A stretch of DNA of 64,000 bases from TPA_inf: Saccharomyces. Its lineage: Eukaryota. The notes below the pieces were generated by a model. That model was not told the DNA's origin, searched no databases, and saw only the letters and a list, made by a program, of their open reading frames with translations. A program made the position numbers and the translations under genes. Shown one piece after another: positions 24,301-34,826 of this stretch; position 1 is the first letter of the stretch; each line of letters begins with the position of its first letter. The stretch is from positions 480,001 to 544,000 of the forward strand of contig BK006944.2 of assembly GCA_000146045.2 (NCBI GenBank), written 5' to 3'.

Positions 24301-26395
24301 CGCTTAACGACCAAAAATAATCACGCCCATCTACCAAAAATTTGCAAAACGAATTTGTTCTTACAGGTGCGAAACTACCAAATCTATTTGGTTTCGACCA
24401 AGGTGTTGAGGTAGACATTTTGATAATTGAACTCATCCATTGCTTTAACGAACTCTCTGATTTGCAAATAATTTTCAGTTTCCTTTCACTGTTTTCTAGG
24501 GTCAATAATAATAGTTTTGAAGATATATTGGACTTCTTTTGGTGTGTTTTCGATTTTCCATTCTTGTCTAGGATATTATTGGCATCATTTTCAATACCGA
24601 ACTCTTCTAGTTCGTCATTTATTTCTAAATTGGGATCATGAATGATCCAGTTGATCTCGTTTTCGTTATCAAGTATGTTATTCTTGTTCCCAGAAAATCT
24701 AACCTTAAATTTCCAATCTATTAAGAATACGTCTAAAGGAGTTGTCGAAGAAAGATCCGACACGTAAGTTAGGTAAGAATTTCTTACCAGGAACCATTTG
24801 GTAGTATGTCTGTCGATCATGTCTTTAAACGCATGTTTACCAAAATGAGAAACTCTCCAACCTTGGGCCTTGGCAGTAGATCTAATTACTAAATACCCCT
24901 GTTTGCCCTGGAACCCACTTTCACGACTTAATAAATTGCCTAAGGGAGATAATTCGTAAAATTCAAACAATCTATTTGCATGAGGTCTCAAACATAATGC
25001 AATGTTCAGTAGTCTCAAATACCTTTCTAGCCTCAAATGTATCGGTTGGGAGAAATCGTCAGGTTCGTCAATTAAGTCTTGTAAATGTTTCATTTTGACG
25101 TTATCTATATTAAACTCAGATATTTCAGAAGATGATAAAGTTTCTAACGATGTAATGTTGCTGCCATTATCGTTATTGTTATTTTCCGATGTATGAGGAG
25201 CTGAGGCTGCAGAGGATGGTTTATTTTCTGCTTTTTTCTCCATTACATTTCTTTCTTTAACCATTTCTTTATAATGGGGGAAATGCGGAAGTTGTAACGA
25301 ATGATATCTGTTGTTATCACTATAAAGCTTGCTTATAGTGAGTTGTTGGAACGCGACGATTTTCAATTTGTGATGTAGTGATTTGATATCTTTATAACTT
25401 CTTATAATAGACCATTTGAGCCTGTCTTCATCAATCCCATATTCCAAGTGTATTCTAAATAAAGAGTTTTCGTTCCTGCTATACATAAATTCCGCCACAT
25501 TCGAAGAAATGCTTATAATGCTGGAGCTCCTTGGAATAGAGGGTCTCCTATCAGAATTCTCGCCAGTATTGTTGTTGTTGTTACCACGATGGTTATGGTT
25601 GCTATTGGTAATATCCAAAATGTTGTTGTCATTTTTCAAGGGAGACACTCTTACATCTAGTTTAGCTAATAGCAGAGGAGCCCTTCTCTTCCCATGTTCG
25701 TCTCTCAGAAATTGCGTGCTTGCGAACAATGAGGCCGGGCATCCTGCCAATAACGAATCTAATAAATCAGAGGCTAGTCTTTGTGTGTACAAATCTTCTT
25801 CGTTTACTTGTTGATGCTGGTGCTGGTTATGACGATGGCCGCTTCCAGCCGGTGTAGGAGAATTTACGCTGGATTTCAGTCTACCAATAGCAGAGATTTT
25901 CTTAAAAGCGTGGCCAAACTCTTTCTTCCAGCCATTGAACTGCTGTTGGGTGTAAGCTACAGAAGAAGAACGCCTTTGAGGGGCTCTTTCTTCCTCTCTT
26001 TTAGAATTCCGCTTAGAATGAACATTATTGTTACTGCTATGGAGATTGTTGTAGAGCCGGTGCATATTTTCCTCATCAGAACCTCGACGAGGATCATGTT
26101 CATTAGAGTGCATAATATGGTCTAATGAGTGGTTCGGTGACACATCACTCAGGTTTCTATCTACAAAGGATTTGGGCAATGCATGCTTCCTCTCCGCCTC
26201 CTTGCCGTTGGGAGTTCTTCGTTTTTCTCTTTGTAAACTGCTAGTCAGATTGCCATTCTCAGGTAATTGCCGCAATACTTCTTGGTTTTCTAACTCATCT
26301 GGTCTCGAATTTACTCTATCTACTTCTTCAGTCACCGATCTATCTGCCTGAGGTGGAGCGAAGTGAGTTCCAGACGCTGTTGACACGTTAGACAT
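21344..26395 (-). CDS. SPO14: Phospholipase D (PX and PH domains, two HKD catalytic motifs), 1683 aa
   Basis: HKD motifs HHEKFVVID and HAKILIADD..GSANIN. The track ORF has one extra N-terminal Met (MMSN). Confidence 0.9.
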   Translation of the reverse strand: MSNVSTASGTHFAPPQADRSVTEEVDRVNSRPDELENQEVLRQLPENGNLTSSLQREKRRTPNGKEAERKHALPKSFVDRNLSDVSPNHSLDHIMHSNEHDPRRGSDEENMHRLYNNLHSSNNNVHSKRNSKREEERAPQRRSSSVAYTQQQFNGWKKEFGHAFKKISAIGRLKSSVNSPTPAGSGHRHNQHQHQQVNEEDLYTQRLASDLLDSLLAGCPASLFASTQFLRDEHGKRRAPLLLAKLDVRVSPLKNDNNILDITNSNHNHRGNNNNNTGENSDRRPSIPRSSSIISISSNVAEFMYSRNENSLFRIHLEYGIDEDRLKWSIIRSYKDIKSLHHKLKIVAFQQLTISKLYSDNNRYHSLQLPHFPHYKEMVKERNVMEKKAENKPSSAASAPHTSENNNNDNGSNITSLETLSSSEISEFNIDNVKMKHLQDLIDEPDDFSQPIHLRLERYLRLLNIALCLRPHANRLFEFYELSPLGNLLSRESGFQGKQGYLVIRSTAKAQGWRVSHFGKHAFKDMIDRHTTKWFLVRNSYLTYVSDLSSTTPLDVFLIDWKFKVRFSGNKNNILDNENEINWIIHDPNLEINDELEEFGIENDANNILDKNGKSKTHQKKSNISSKLLLLTLENSERKLKIICKSESSLKQWMSSIIKMSTSTPWSKPNRFGSFAPVRTNSFCKFLVDGRDYFWSLSEALLMAKDVIYIHDWWLSPELYLRRPVKGNQGFRIDRMLKSCAEKGIKIFIVIYRNVGNIVGTDSLWTKHSMLNLHPNIHIIRSPNQWLQNTYFWAHHEKFVVIDETFAFIGGTDLCYGRYDTFEHVLRDDAESLLDQNFPGKDYSNARIADFHDLDKPFESMYDRKVIPRMPWHDVQMMTLGEPARDLARHFVQRWNYLLRAKRPSRLTPLLTPPSDLTAEELKSLPMFEILREKSTCETQILRSAGNWSLGLKETECSIQNAYLKLIEQSEHFIYIENQFFITSTVWNGTCVLNKIGDALVDRIVKANQEKKPWKAFILIPLMPGFDSPVDTAEASSLRLIMQFQYQSISRGEHSTFSKLKKLNIDPAQYIQFFSLRKWSTFAPNERLITEQLYVHAKILIADDRRCIIGSANINERSQLGNRDSEVAILIRDTDLIKTKMNGDDYYAGKFPWELRQRLMREHLGCDVDLVEFVEKKFERFEKFAAKNYEKLHTLSKEGDSGNNWSDREMIDSAMIELGYREIFGCKFSPQWKSGHGNSVDDGSTQCGINEKEVGREDENVYEKFFNSVDYGKSSRKRTPLPKHNFASLGLTFNHRAGIENVGIRDHKVLSTDPRLRKNDEHKKEVDGYGPDCWKKESNKKFKADATEQLKEWALNSLASKVLDDKEMIKSEIPEGFSNYLPNEKDLEMYLTDKTVTNRNKWSMLKRICYLQYLSHKLDERKTQRLKKIKDMRRHLSSSTESTRNGSNSLPLNEKSNEGESTNVDQDIEGDEYHRLHEDILKNQELDDGSLDDLLSQIIPKITNFNSGEIDDAKKEELLKLNFIDPYSFEDPLISSFSEGLWFTIALRNTLLYKLVFHCQPDNAVQNWKEYGEFTELEQEFQINQEKLIDLEAENINSTTTNVVDKDREKEKMRKAAELRMKLSGSLLYGFNQKVFDKHTAQRILERIHGHLVIFPTEWLAKEVESRNWIFNSDRLSPMEIYN

Positions 26396-26592
26396 CACCC
26401 TTGTTTATCTATCCTACCTTTTCTTCTTGCGTACGTGCCTCTCAATGCGTCGTGTGAATTATCAGTGACCGGTCGTGCCTATAATGTCCTGCTAATTTCC
26501 CACTAAATCTTTCCCCATGGCGTATTCATCGTTATGTTTGTGTCTTTTGTTCAACCCAAAGGGCTGTAGCAATCTTCACCCGTTTGTCGTTG

Positions 26593-26676
26593 ATAACGAG
26601 TTTCCACCTTATCACTTATCACTAGTGCTAATCAAACAGCAAAGAATGCTTGATAGAAACCGATCCTGGGCTTATC
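26593..26676. promoter_or_regulatory. Cluster of GATA-factor sites (GATAAC, tandem CTTATC CTTATC, GATAG, CTTATC) in the DAL80 upstream region. UAS-NTR / URS-GATA elements
   Basis: Five GATA cores within 85 bp, 220-300 bp upstream of the DAL80 ATG. The pair at 26608-26620 is a 7-bp-spaced tandem. Confidence 0.65.
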
Positions 26677-26897
26677 TCGCTGCATTGTGGCGGCATCCCT
26701 GGACTGTAATCAGCAAGTGTTGCTTAGTATATATATACATCCAGCGTCAGCTTGAATTTGGATACAGTTACTGTTTTTTCGATTTTCTCTTGGTTATTCT
26801 TTCTGAGACAGTAGTAATTTTGTATTACTGAGCGGGATATTGTTTATCTGCCGTCATACTATATTACATTATATTATATCATATTATATATAAGAGA

Positions 26898-27707
26898 ATG
26901 GTGCTTAGTGATTCGTTGAAGCTGCCCTCGCCTACACTTTCAGCTGCTGCTGGAGTGGATGATTGTGACGGAGAGGACCACCCCACGTGCCAGAATTGTT
27001 TCACTGTCAAAACGCCCCTATGGAGAAGAGATGAACACGGTACTGTTCTCTGTAATGCATGTGGCCTCTTCCTGAAGTTGCACGGGGAACCAAGGCCTAT
27101 CAGCTTGAAGACGGACACCATTAAGTCAAGAAATAGGAAAAAGCTGAATAACAACAATGTGAACACTAATGCCAATACCCATTCTAACGACCCAAATAAA
27201 ATATTCAAGAGAAAGAAGAGACTGCTTACAACTGGTGGTGGTTCATTACCTACGAATAATCCGAAGGTTTCTATTCTGGAAAAGTTTATGGTGAGCGGGT
27301 CCATTAAGCCACTGTTAAAACCAAAGGAAACCGTTCCCAACACAAAGGAGTGCTCCACGCAGCGGGGAAAATTTTCTTTGGACCCCTGCGAACCTAGTGG
27401 GAAAAACTACCTCTATCAGATCAACGGTTCAGATATATACACGTCAAATATAGAGCTGACAAGGCTGCCTAATTTGTCAACATTATTAGAACCCTCACCT
27501 TTTTCAGATTCCGCTGTACCAGAAATAGAACTAACTTGGAAGCTACATAATGAGGAGGAGGTAATCAAATTGAAGACCAAGATAAGCGAATTGGAGTTGG
27601 TGACAGACCTATACAAAAAGCACATATTCCAACTGAACGAAAAATGCAAGCAACTGGAAGTGGAACTACACTCCAGAGCTTCAGTACAATCTCACCCACA
27701 ACATTAA
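26898..27707 (+). CDS. DAL80: GATA-family transcriptional repressor of nitrogen catabolite genes, 269 aa
   Basis: GATA zinc finger [34 protein letters not shown]-terminal leucine-zipper-like coiled coil. Confidence 0.9.
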   Translation: MVLSDSLKLPSPTLSAAAGVDDCDGEDHPTCQNCFTVKTPLWRRDEHGTVLCNACGLFLKLHGEPRPISLKTDTIKSRNRKKLNNNNVNTNANTHSNDPNKIFKRKKRLLTTGGGSLPTNNPKVSILEKFMVSGSIKPLLKPKETVPNTKECSTQRGKFSLDPCEPSGKNYLYQINGSDIYTSNIELTRLPNLSTLLEPSPFSDSAVPEIELTWKLHNEEEVIKLKTKISELELVTDLYKKHIFQLNEKCKQLEVELHSRASVQSHPQH

Positions 27708-27938
27708 GAAAGGATGTAGCGTTCATGACAGTATAAATATAACAGGATATAGTATATAAAATTTAATATGATTTAGTGACACTTATTTTTACGCGAACGG
27801 GTAACACACTGCCATTTATCTGGTGCTGGAAAATTGCCCCTAAAGAAATGATAAGAATGAAAACGAATCAATGTGAAAGCAGTTTGATGAGATGTGAGCT
27901 ACTTTGAAAGTATAGGAAGTCAGACATCGCACTGAGAA

Positions 27939-28553
27939 ATGTCACGTAATTCTGCAGCAGGTTTGGAAAACACTCTTTTCCAACTAAAGTTTACATCAAA
28001 ACAATTACAAAAGCAAGCCAATAAAGCCTCAAAGGAAGAAAAACAGGAAACTAATAAGCTCAAACGTGCTCTTAATGAAAATGAAGATATATCTCGTATA
28101 TATGCATCCAATGCTATAAGAAAGAAAAATGAAAGATTACAACTGTTGAAGTTGGCATCACGGGTGGATTCGGTCGCATCAAGGGTACAAACCGCCGTCA
28201 CGATGAGGCAGGTGTCAGCATCAATGGGGCAAGTTTGCAAAGGCATGGATAAGGCGTTACAGAATATGAACCTCCAACAGATAACCATGATAATGGACAA
28301 GTTCGAACAGCAATTCGAAGATTTGGACACCAGTGTTAACGTATATGAAGATATGGGTGTGAATTCGGATGCCATGCTGGTGGACAACGATAAGGTGGAT
28401 GAACTAATGAGCAAAGTTGCTGACGAAAATGGCATGGAATTGAAGCAAAGTGCAAAACTGGACAATGTTCCGGAGATAAAGGCGAAAGAGGTTAATGTTG
28501 ACGACGAAAAGGAAGACAAACTTGCACAAAGACTAAGAGCATTGAGGGGCTGA
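27939..28553 (+). CDS. DID2: ESCRT-III-related Snf7-family protein (CHMP1 homolog), 204 aa
   Basis: Snf7-family charged coiled-coil protein. N-terminus MSRNSAAGLENTLFQLKFTSKQLQKQANKA. The antisense 213-aa ORF is the dubious YKR035C. Confidence 0.8.
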   Translation: MSRNSAAGLENTLFQLKFTSKQLQKQANKASKEEKQETNKLKRALNENEDISRIYASNAIRKKNERLQLLKLASRVDSVASRVQTAVTMRQVSASMGQVCKGMDKALQNMNLQQITMIMDKFEQQFEDLDTSVNVYEDMGVNSDAMLVDNDKVDELMSKVADENGMELKQSAKLDNVPEIKAKEVNVDDEKEDKLAQRLRALRG

Positions 28554-28701
28554 AAAAACATGCTAACAGGTCATGCATTTTTAGTTCATCATTACGTTTC
28601 CAGCTATGTTATGTATGTATGACCACATATGCTGTACATAAATTGTATACTAAAATCAATAAAAAAAGTATAACTCTTTTTATATATAATCTTTTTCCTT
28701 C

Positions 28702-30633
28702 CTAAAGTGTCCATACATTGATGTCTCCATCGTTGTGCCCATTGATCAGAAATCCGTCTTTATACTTGACAATAGCAATTCTTCTGCTCAGCTCATCCCC
28801 ATCTAGTGAATGCGGTGGTTCAGGAGTCATCCAATGCTCATCGCGCTCCATGTTAAAGACATTAACCCCTCCCTCGTTTGCGCCAACAGTGATTAATTTA
28901 CCATCGAAATCTAAGGACGATACTGGTAAATCGTAAGCAATCACGTCAAGAATTGAGCTTGTCCTCAAATCCCAAATCCTTACGCTATTGTCCATCGAGC
29001 CTGTTACCAATTTTTCGGAATCAAACTTCAAACTTGTAATTCCATCGGTATGGCCTTCTAGTAATCTCACCGGTTTGCCAACTCTTAGATCCCATAGTCG
29101 CACAATGCCATCTTTTGTTCCTGTTGCTAATGCAGAGTTGTAACATTGGAGGGCTCCTATCATTGGTGCTTCTGTGCCAAGTAAACATGCACCATTGTTT
29201 AATGAACGTGCAGGCATTTTAATGTCGCTATGTGTAGGTGTGAAGATAAGGTCAAGTTGCTGAATACATTTGCCCGTCGTTAAATCCCAGTGGAATATTT
29301 TTTTGTCCCTAGATCCGCTAACCAAAGCTTCAGAATCAAAAGACAGGGCTGTGATTTCGTCTTTATGTAACTCAAAATTATGGATACATGGTGTAACAAT
29401 TTCTTCTGTCTTCTCCTTCAATGGACTATGGTCCAAATATATTTCTCTACTCAGATTTAAGTCCCATAACTTCAGAGTGGCATCCTTACTTCCAGTAATC
29501 AACATATTGTAATTTTTCTTATCTATTTGCATGCAATTAACAGTAGCAAGGTGACCAGGCAGCTCTCCAACTTGTATCCCATGGTTCAAATCCCACACTT
29601 TTACTATACGATCTTGGTAGCTTGATGAGCACAAGGTTCCCCATGGTGTATCAAAGTCTAATGCGGTTATGCTGTTTCCATGTTCGCCATGGGGTATTGT
29701 CATTCTGAAAGCCGTGGTATTTCGGCTATATGTTTCTGAGATAATTTGCCTGTTTTTATCGTGGCTTTTTTCATGGGGCATCTTGTAAAAATCTTTTAAT
29801 CTCGTATCCTTACTTTCAACATCACATAACGACGATATGGCTTCTTCATTTTGCGTGAAGGACGACGCTTCAGATGATCTTTCTTCTTCCATTTGCTTCC
29901 GTAAGCTCTGTTCACGATCAGCTTCCAAATTGTATTCCTCGATAAAATTTATTCTATCCTTTATCAGTGTTACATCATTCTCAAGATTGGTAGACTTACT
30001 ATCAATGTGCTTAACCCTTTCCAGGATTTTTAATTTCCTGGATTCTAGTTCGTTGATCATGGAATCTAATCTGGTCAACTCATCCATCTCTAACGTTTTA
30101 TTGATTGACAGATTTTCCACGTTAGTTTCTACATCCTCAAGTAAATGTGTTAGGTCAATTCTAGAGTACGTTTTATTCACAAAACCAGTATTAATATCCG
30201 GCAATTGAACGTATTTTTCCTTATCACTATTCGTGGCCCCGTCTACATTGTCTAACAACAGTCTCTGTTGAATGATGGAAACGGTAGCTTTGAATCCTTC
30301 AAATAAAGAAGGTAAATTCTTTTCAGCGGCACCGTTGGGTAGCGGGTATCGCTGCTCATCTAAATGAGCAAGTATTCTGAAAGTTGTTGCAGAGTCTGCA
30401 TAATTGTTTTGAAAGGAAAATATCCCTACTTGTCCTTTCTGGGTATCTTTTGTACTTTCGGGCCAAGCCACCTCTCTGAACAGTAGAAGTTTGGAAAGAT
30501 ATCTGTAGATGGGGCTCGTTATATATTTTTGAAATTGTTGTTGCGCTAGTATGGCATGTGGTAGCTTATTAAGTATAATTTCGATTGGTTTAGCTACCAG
30601 AGAGCTTTCTCCTCTAGTATCGCCCGAACCCAT
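28702..30633 (-). CDS. CAF4: WD40-repeat mitochondrial fission adaptor, CCR4-associated, 643 aa (start at MGSGDTR, the 17th codon of the track ORF)
   Basis: C-terminal WD40 repeats (multiple WDL/WDx dipeptides, for example VKVWDL, LKLWDL, VRLWDL, VRIWDL). Central coiled coil. Position YKR036C. Confidence 0.7.
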   Translation of the reverse strand: MGSGDTRGESSLVAKPIEIILNKLPHAILAQQQFQKYITSPIYRYLSKLLLFREVAWPESTKDTQKGQVGIFSFQNNYADSATTFRILAHLDEQRYPLPNGAAEKNLPSLFEGFKATVSIIQQRLLLDNVDGATNSDKEKYVQLPDINTGFVNKTYSRIDLTHLLEDVETNVENLSINKTLEMDELTRLDSMINELESRKLKILERVKHIDSKSTNLENDVTLIKDRINFIEEYNLEADREQSLRKQMEEERSSEASSFTQNEEAISSLCDVESKDTRLKDFYKMPHEKSHDKNRQIISETYSRNTTAFRMTIPHGEHGNSITALDFDTPWGTLCSSSYQDRIVKVWDLNHGIQVGELPGHLATVNCMQIDKKNYNMLITGSKDATLKLWDLNLSREIYLDHSPLKEKTEEIVTPCIHNFELHKDEITALSFDSEALVSGSRDKKIFHWDLTTGKCIQQLDLIFTPTHSDIKMPARSLNNGACLLGTEAPMIGALQCYNSALATGTKDGIVRLWDLRVGKPVRLLEGHTDGITSLKFDSEKLVTGSMDNSVRIWDLRTSSILDVIAYDLPVSSLDFDGKLITVGANEGGVNVFNMERDEHWMTPEPPHSLDGDELSRRIAIVKYKDGFLINGHNDGDINVWTL

Positions 30634-30909
30634 ATAGAGATACTCTTTTTTACTCTCGCTCGTGGTAATCTTATATGTCATTCATGGTTAGTTTTTTTTT
30701 TATGACTATTTTTTTTTTCCATTACGATGAGGAAAGTTTATGTGAGAAACATGAAGCTACATGCTTTAACAGGAGACAGACCCATGGTGGATCCGCTCAG
30801 TTGGTTTTATACATTTAGATGTAAGGTAATACATAATTATATGATTTGCAGTGGCCTATGTATGCAATTAGGACAAAGGAAATATCTATTCTTGAGGAGA
30901 AGTGCTCCC

Positions 30910-31797
30910 CTACTCTTGCAAGTTGGCTATCTCCATTTCTAGCCGCCTAATTTCATCTTTTTCTTTTCGAATAATCTTAGCAACGTCGTGAGAAGAAGAA
31001 GGATGGTACTGTGACATAGTCTTTAAGCGATCATCTTGAAGCAAAACTTCTTTCTTGATGAAGCGCAATTTGGAAGAAAGTTGTTCATAATTATGGTACA
31101 ATTGGTCGTAATCCTGCTTGAACTCTGTTAGTGGCCATAAATCTGTTACTTCGGCCATAACTTTAAGAATTAAATCAGTAGGGAAATCCTCGACAAAGAT
31201 GGTTTTTCTTCTTTGGTTATTGGATTCTTCTTCCATGAGCACGCTTCCATTTTCCAAGGCATATAGGAGCCTTTGAATTTGCGGATCATCCTTGAACACG
31301 GCTGATAATGCTTTGAATGTACCTGAACTTGAATTTGAAATGACAGAGGATCCTATAAGATCGGTATCAAAAATAAAACCGTTCAAGCCACCGCCACTTG
31401 TAGTGGCGGTTCTTCTCCTTTTATTGTTCAAATCAAGACGATCTTTGTTCAAATATACTTCCTTGGGCACATGGATGATCGGTTTTTCCCCTGGTCTGCC
31501 CAGCCTTCTATTTCTTTTCATGTCCGTATCTCGTTTAATAACATAGTCGAATACTCCCTCCTTGCCGTCTCTACGTGAAACGGATTGTTTCTCAGGGTTG
31601 ACTTTGAACAGAAGATACGCCTCGTCGTGGTTACAGTCCTTTATTAGTCTAGTAATGTCTTTTCTAATGCTTGCCTTGTTGCTTGCTCCCTGTAGGATGG
31701 CATTATGAAAAATTCCTGGTGGCTTGAAATAGAGTGTGGACATAGAGTCCACCGCCCTATTAATATCATCTATACATCTATCCAAGCTTTCCCCCAT
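30910..31797 (-). CDS. SPC34: DASH/Dam1 kinetochore complex subunit, 295 aa
   Basis: 295-aa ORF with a C-terminal coiled coil. Position YKR037C. Confidence 0.65.
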   Translation of the reverse strand: MGESLDRCIDDINRAVDSMSTLYFKPPGIFHNAILQGASNKASIRKDITRLIKDCNHDEAYLLFKVNPEKQSVSRRDGKEGVFDYVIKRDTDMKRNRRLGRPGEKPIIHVPKEVYLNKDRLDLNNKRRRTATTSGGGLNGFIFDTDLIGSSVISNSSSGTFKALSAVFKDDPQIQRLLYALENGSVLMEEESNNQRRKTIFVEDFPTDLILKVMAEVTDLWPLTEFKQDYDQLYHNYEQLSSKLRFIKKEVLLQDDRLKTMSQYHPSSSHDVAKIIRKEKDEIRRLEMEIANLQE

Positions 31798-31998
31798 TCT
31801 GTAATTGCCACGTCTTATTTTGTTAGGTGATGATCTAATTTTTTTGAGCTTTGTTTATTGATTATTTTCAAATGTCTCTTGCTTATTTTCGCGCTTCCAC
31901 AAGGTTATACACTGAGCTGTAAATGTAAGGTGTATGGCATATATAAATATATATATATATTCGTAGTGTGAACATTAGGCTAACTGTAACAAAAATCG

Positions 31999-33159
31999 TT
32001 AATCACGCCAGGCTGCGTATACTTCATCGGTTCTGAATTTCTGCGTAACAACAGTTTCAGAAAAGTCCTTCACGATCCCACCCATTCTATACTCTAGTAG
32101 TCCTGCTTGGGCAATCATAACTCCGTTATCGATACAAAACCTATTATCTGTAGCATGTACTTGCCCATTGGCCCTGTCTTTACACATTTGCGCCATCATT
32201 TCTTGTAATCGCACGTTACAACCAACACCGCCTACGATCAAAACTTGATTGGAGTTAACGTGAGCCATAGCTCTTTCTGTTATTTCAACTAGCATGGCGA
32301 ATAGGTTCTCTTGCAGAGAGTAGCAAAGATCCTCTACAGTGACTTTTTGCTCGCCCGTTGTCTTGTCGAATAGGATCTTATTTTTCTTATTGCCCTTAAA
32401 TAGATCCTTGGCAAGTAAATCGATGGAAGCCAATATACCACTCATCGAAAGATCCATCCCCTTTACTGTATAGGGAAGTTCTACCAAGTTTTCTTTGTGA
32501 GGGGCTTTTTTAGCTAACTGCTCGATGTTGTAGCCAGGCGAGGGCTCATTAGGTATCTTCAGAGTTCTTGCAAATCTATCAAGACAATTACCGATAGCAA
32601 TATCAAGCGTTTCACCAAAGATACGGTACCTTTTTTCCGAGTATGCAATAACTTGTGTATTTCCACCACTTACATACAGTACCACAGGATTTTGAGCTTT
32701 AGTGATTTCTCTCCCCATTTCGATGTGACCAATGCAGTGGTTTACTCCCACCAGTGGCACGTCCCACAGTAAGGAGCACGTTCTGGCGGCGATGACAACT
32801 GAATGCAGAGGGGCCCCCATGCCGGGACCTTTGGTAAAGCAAATTACATCAATGTCTAGTGTCGGGCTTTTGATGTCAGCTTCGGCCAGTGCTTGTTTTA
32901 TGAGTCTTATGCACCAATTTCTGTGATGCCTTGCCGTGTCTCGAGGCAAAAATCCCTCCCCAGGAGGTGTGACATATGTGTCTCTAATATTAGAAAGCAT
33001 CTCAGCTTCGCAATCATAAGATAGATCGCTGTTGGCATGTTTAGGCAGAAGCGGATGCTTAACTATACCAACGCCCAGTTTATTTGCAGAACCTTCAAGT
33101 CCAAGCGCAATGTAGTAGTCCCTGCCATTTTTGGGTGGGATAGTGTTCAAGTTGACCAT
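31999..33159 (-). CDS. KAE1: KEOPS complex tRNA t6A synthase subunit Kae1/OSGEP, 386 aa (true start MVNLNT; the upstream track-ORF extension overlaps the tRNA and is artefactual)
   Basis: Kae1/YgjD metal-binding His motifs (HCIGHIEMG). N-terminal glycine-rich segment [18 protein letters not shown]. Confidence 0.85.
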
Positions 33160-33331
33160 TTTGCTCCCGACTGCATTAGGGAACGCTTGGGAATTCCCTT
33201 CACGTAAAAGATAAATATATGCATCGTTGCACGAAGTAAAAATGGTTACTCTCGAACTCATCATAATGAAAGAATTCAGTTTTTCCGTATAAAGCGATAT
33301 TACAGGAGGAATAAAAAGCAAAATAAAAAAT

Positions 33332-33403
33332 CTCCGCGACGGGGAATTGAACCCCGATCTGGCACGCGACAAGCGCCCATTCTGACCATTAAACTATCAC
33401 GGA
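33332..33403 (-). tRNA. tD(GUC)K: tRNA-Asp, anticodon GUC
   Basis: 72 nt: TCCGTGATAGTTTAATGGTCAGAATGGGCGCTTGTCGCGTGCCAGATCGGGGTTCAATTCCCCGTCGCGGAG. T7 terminator on the minus strand immediately downstream. Confidence 0.9.
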
Positions 33404-33531
33404 ACGTTATTTGTTGGATTTTTTCTCTTAGTTTTAAATATTTATATTTCGTCGAATTGGTACCTCTACAGCTCAGAAGCAGATGTCTTCAAGTTTTTTT
33501 ATTGTGTCTAAATAAGAATCAACCATTATCT

Positions 33532-33849
33532 TGACAAATGGGTGAATTTTAAGATAATTGTTGGGATGCCATTGATGATAAAGACTATAATATACATACA
33601 CAGAATATACTAGAAATTGTACTCGAGCACATAGGAATCCTCAAAATGGAATCGATATTTCTACATAATAATACTACGATTATTTTCTGCTTTCGTTTTA
33701 TATGTTTCATTATCCTATTATATTATCAATCCTTGCATTTCAGCTTTCATTAGATTGATGACTATTTTTCAACCTTATGTCCTCTTCTTACACCGCATAT
33801 GATAGTATACTAGCAATATGAATATTACTAAACAGATGATATTTCAACA
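33532..33849 (-). mobile_element. Solo Ty1-type delta LTR, ~318 bp, 129 bp upstream of tD(GUC). Left-hand flank of GAP1
   Basis: Begins TGACAAATGGGTGAATTTTAAGATAATTGTTGGGAT, the reverse complement of the delta 3' end. Ends ...TTTCAACA, the reverse complement of TGTTGAAA. Confidence 0.8.
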
Positions 33850-34513
33850 TCATGTTTTGCTTAGTAGACTCTTGCGGGCGTTCCATCCGTGTGAAATACA
33901 TCATTTACACCTCGCTCTGGGTCAAGTAATCAAAAAATACCTCGTCGAATATCTTCGACAAATCTGTCGCTTGGTTTATGTTTGACCTGATGTATATAAA
34001 ATCATCACTACCCAATTTAGAGAACACATTGCGTTGCCCGGCCGGCAAAAAATCCTGGGCCAAAAGTTAAAAGAAACTTTCTCATACTCACTCTGAAGTT
34101 GTACTATTACGAAGCACTAAAGCATTGATAGATAAATCAACACAGAACATACATGATTAAATTAGACACAGCTCTCTGTATTTTTTACTGTTTGAACTAA
34201 GGTTCTAATACTTACACATTCTTTTCAACCCATCAGATGGTGTCTTGCCCCTGCTTACGTAACCTACAACAATAGATTAGACACACCAGTGCCAAGGACA
34301 ATATGTTGCGTTCTGACTAGTCGAAGTATCATTACGCTGTGCAGATCGACCTGACACCAGACACAAAGGAGAATAGGGGCAGCATGAGTTCCGTCGGCGA
34401 CTCATTCCGACCTTCCACAGGTCCGTTGATTACTTTTTCACTGATCCGGTGGAATCTATGGTTGTTTTTTTCATCATGATATCTGTTTTAGGACTTTTTT
34501 TTTCAGCCGATCG

Positions 34514-34826
34514 CTTATCTGCTCACTAGAATCGTAATCAGTGATATTTTTATTAATAATTATTATTTATTTTTTTTTATACCATTTCCTTTTGATAAGG
34601 GGTCGTTGGTGCCGTGCCGCTATCAGGCAGCCTCACTAATCTACCCATTGACCTCATGCAGCAAAGTCACATCGCCCATATCTCTCGAGTGCGATAACGG
34701 GGAACTTGATTTGGTAACTGATAAGATTGTTAAATGTCAGTTTGGATGCTTTTTCTTACGTCCGATTAGCTTATCTTCTGGAGCAACCGGCCATTTACCT
34801 CCTCATAGTAAATTAAACATGATAAG
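34514..34826. promoter_or_regulatory. Four GATAAG/CTTATC motifs (34514-34519, 34720-34725, 34770-34775, 34821-34826) in the GAP1 promoter. Gln3/Gat1 UAS-NTR sites
   Basis: Exact hexamers 240-550 bp upstream of the GAP1 ATG. GAP1 is a classic NCR-regulated gene. Confidence 0.7.

Noticed and set aside
26517-27358. 104-aa plus-strand ORF and 159-aa minus-strand ORF (YKR032W- and YKR033C-like) in and around the DAL80 promoter and 5' CDS
   Set aside because: Short and hydrophobic, with no recognisable domain. They overlap the GATA-site promoter and the DAL80 coding region. Dubious.
27920-28561. 213-aa ORF antisense to DID2 (YKR035C-like), Ser/Leu/Cys-rich
   Set aside because: It fully overlaps the conserved DID2 CDS on the opposite strand. 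Its composition is what the reverse complement of a Lys/Glu-rich coiled-coil gene typically gives. A dubious ORF.
33421-33450. Second ACS-like element (ATTTATATTTC) near tRNA-Asp
   Set aside because: Only 10/11 match, with a C at the last position. A-rich intergenic DNA yields many such near-matches by chance.
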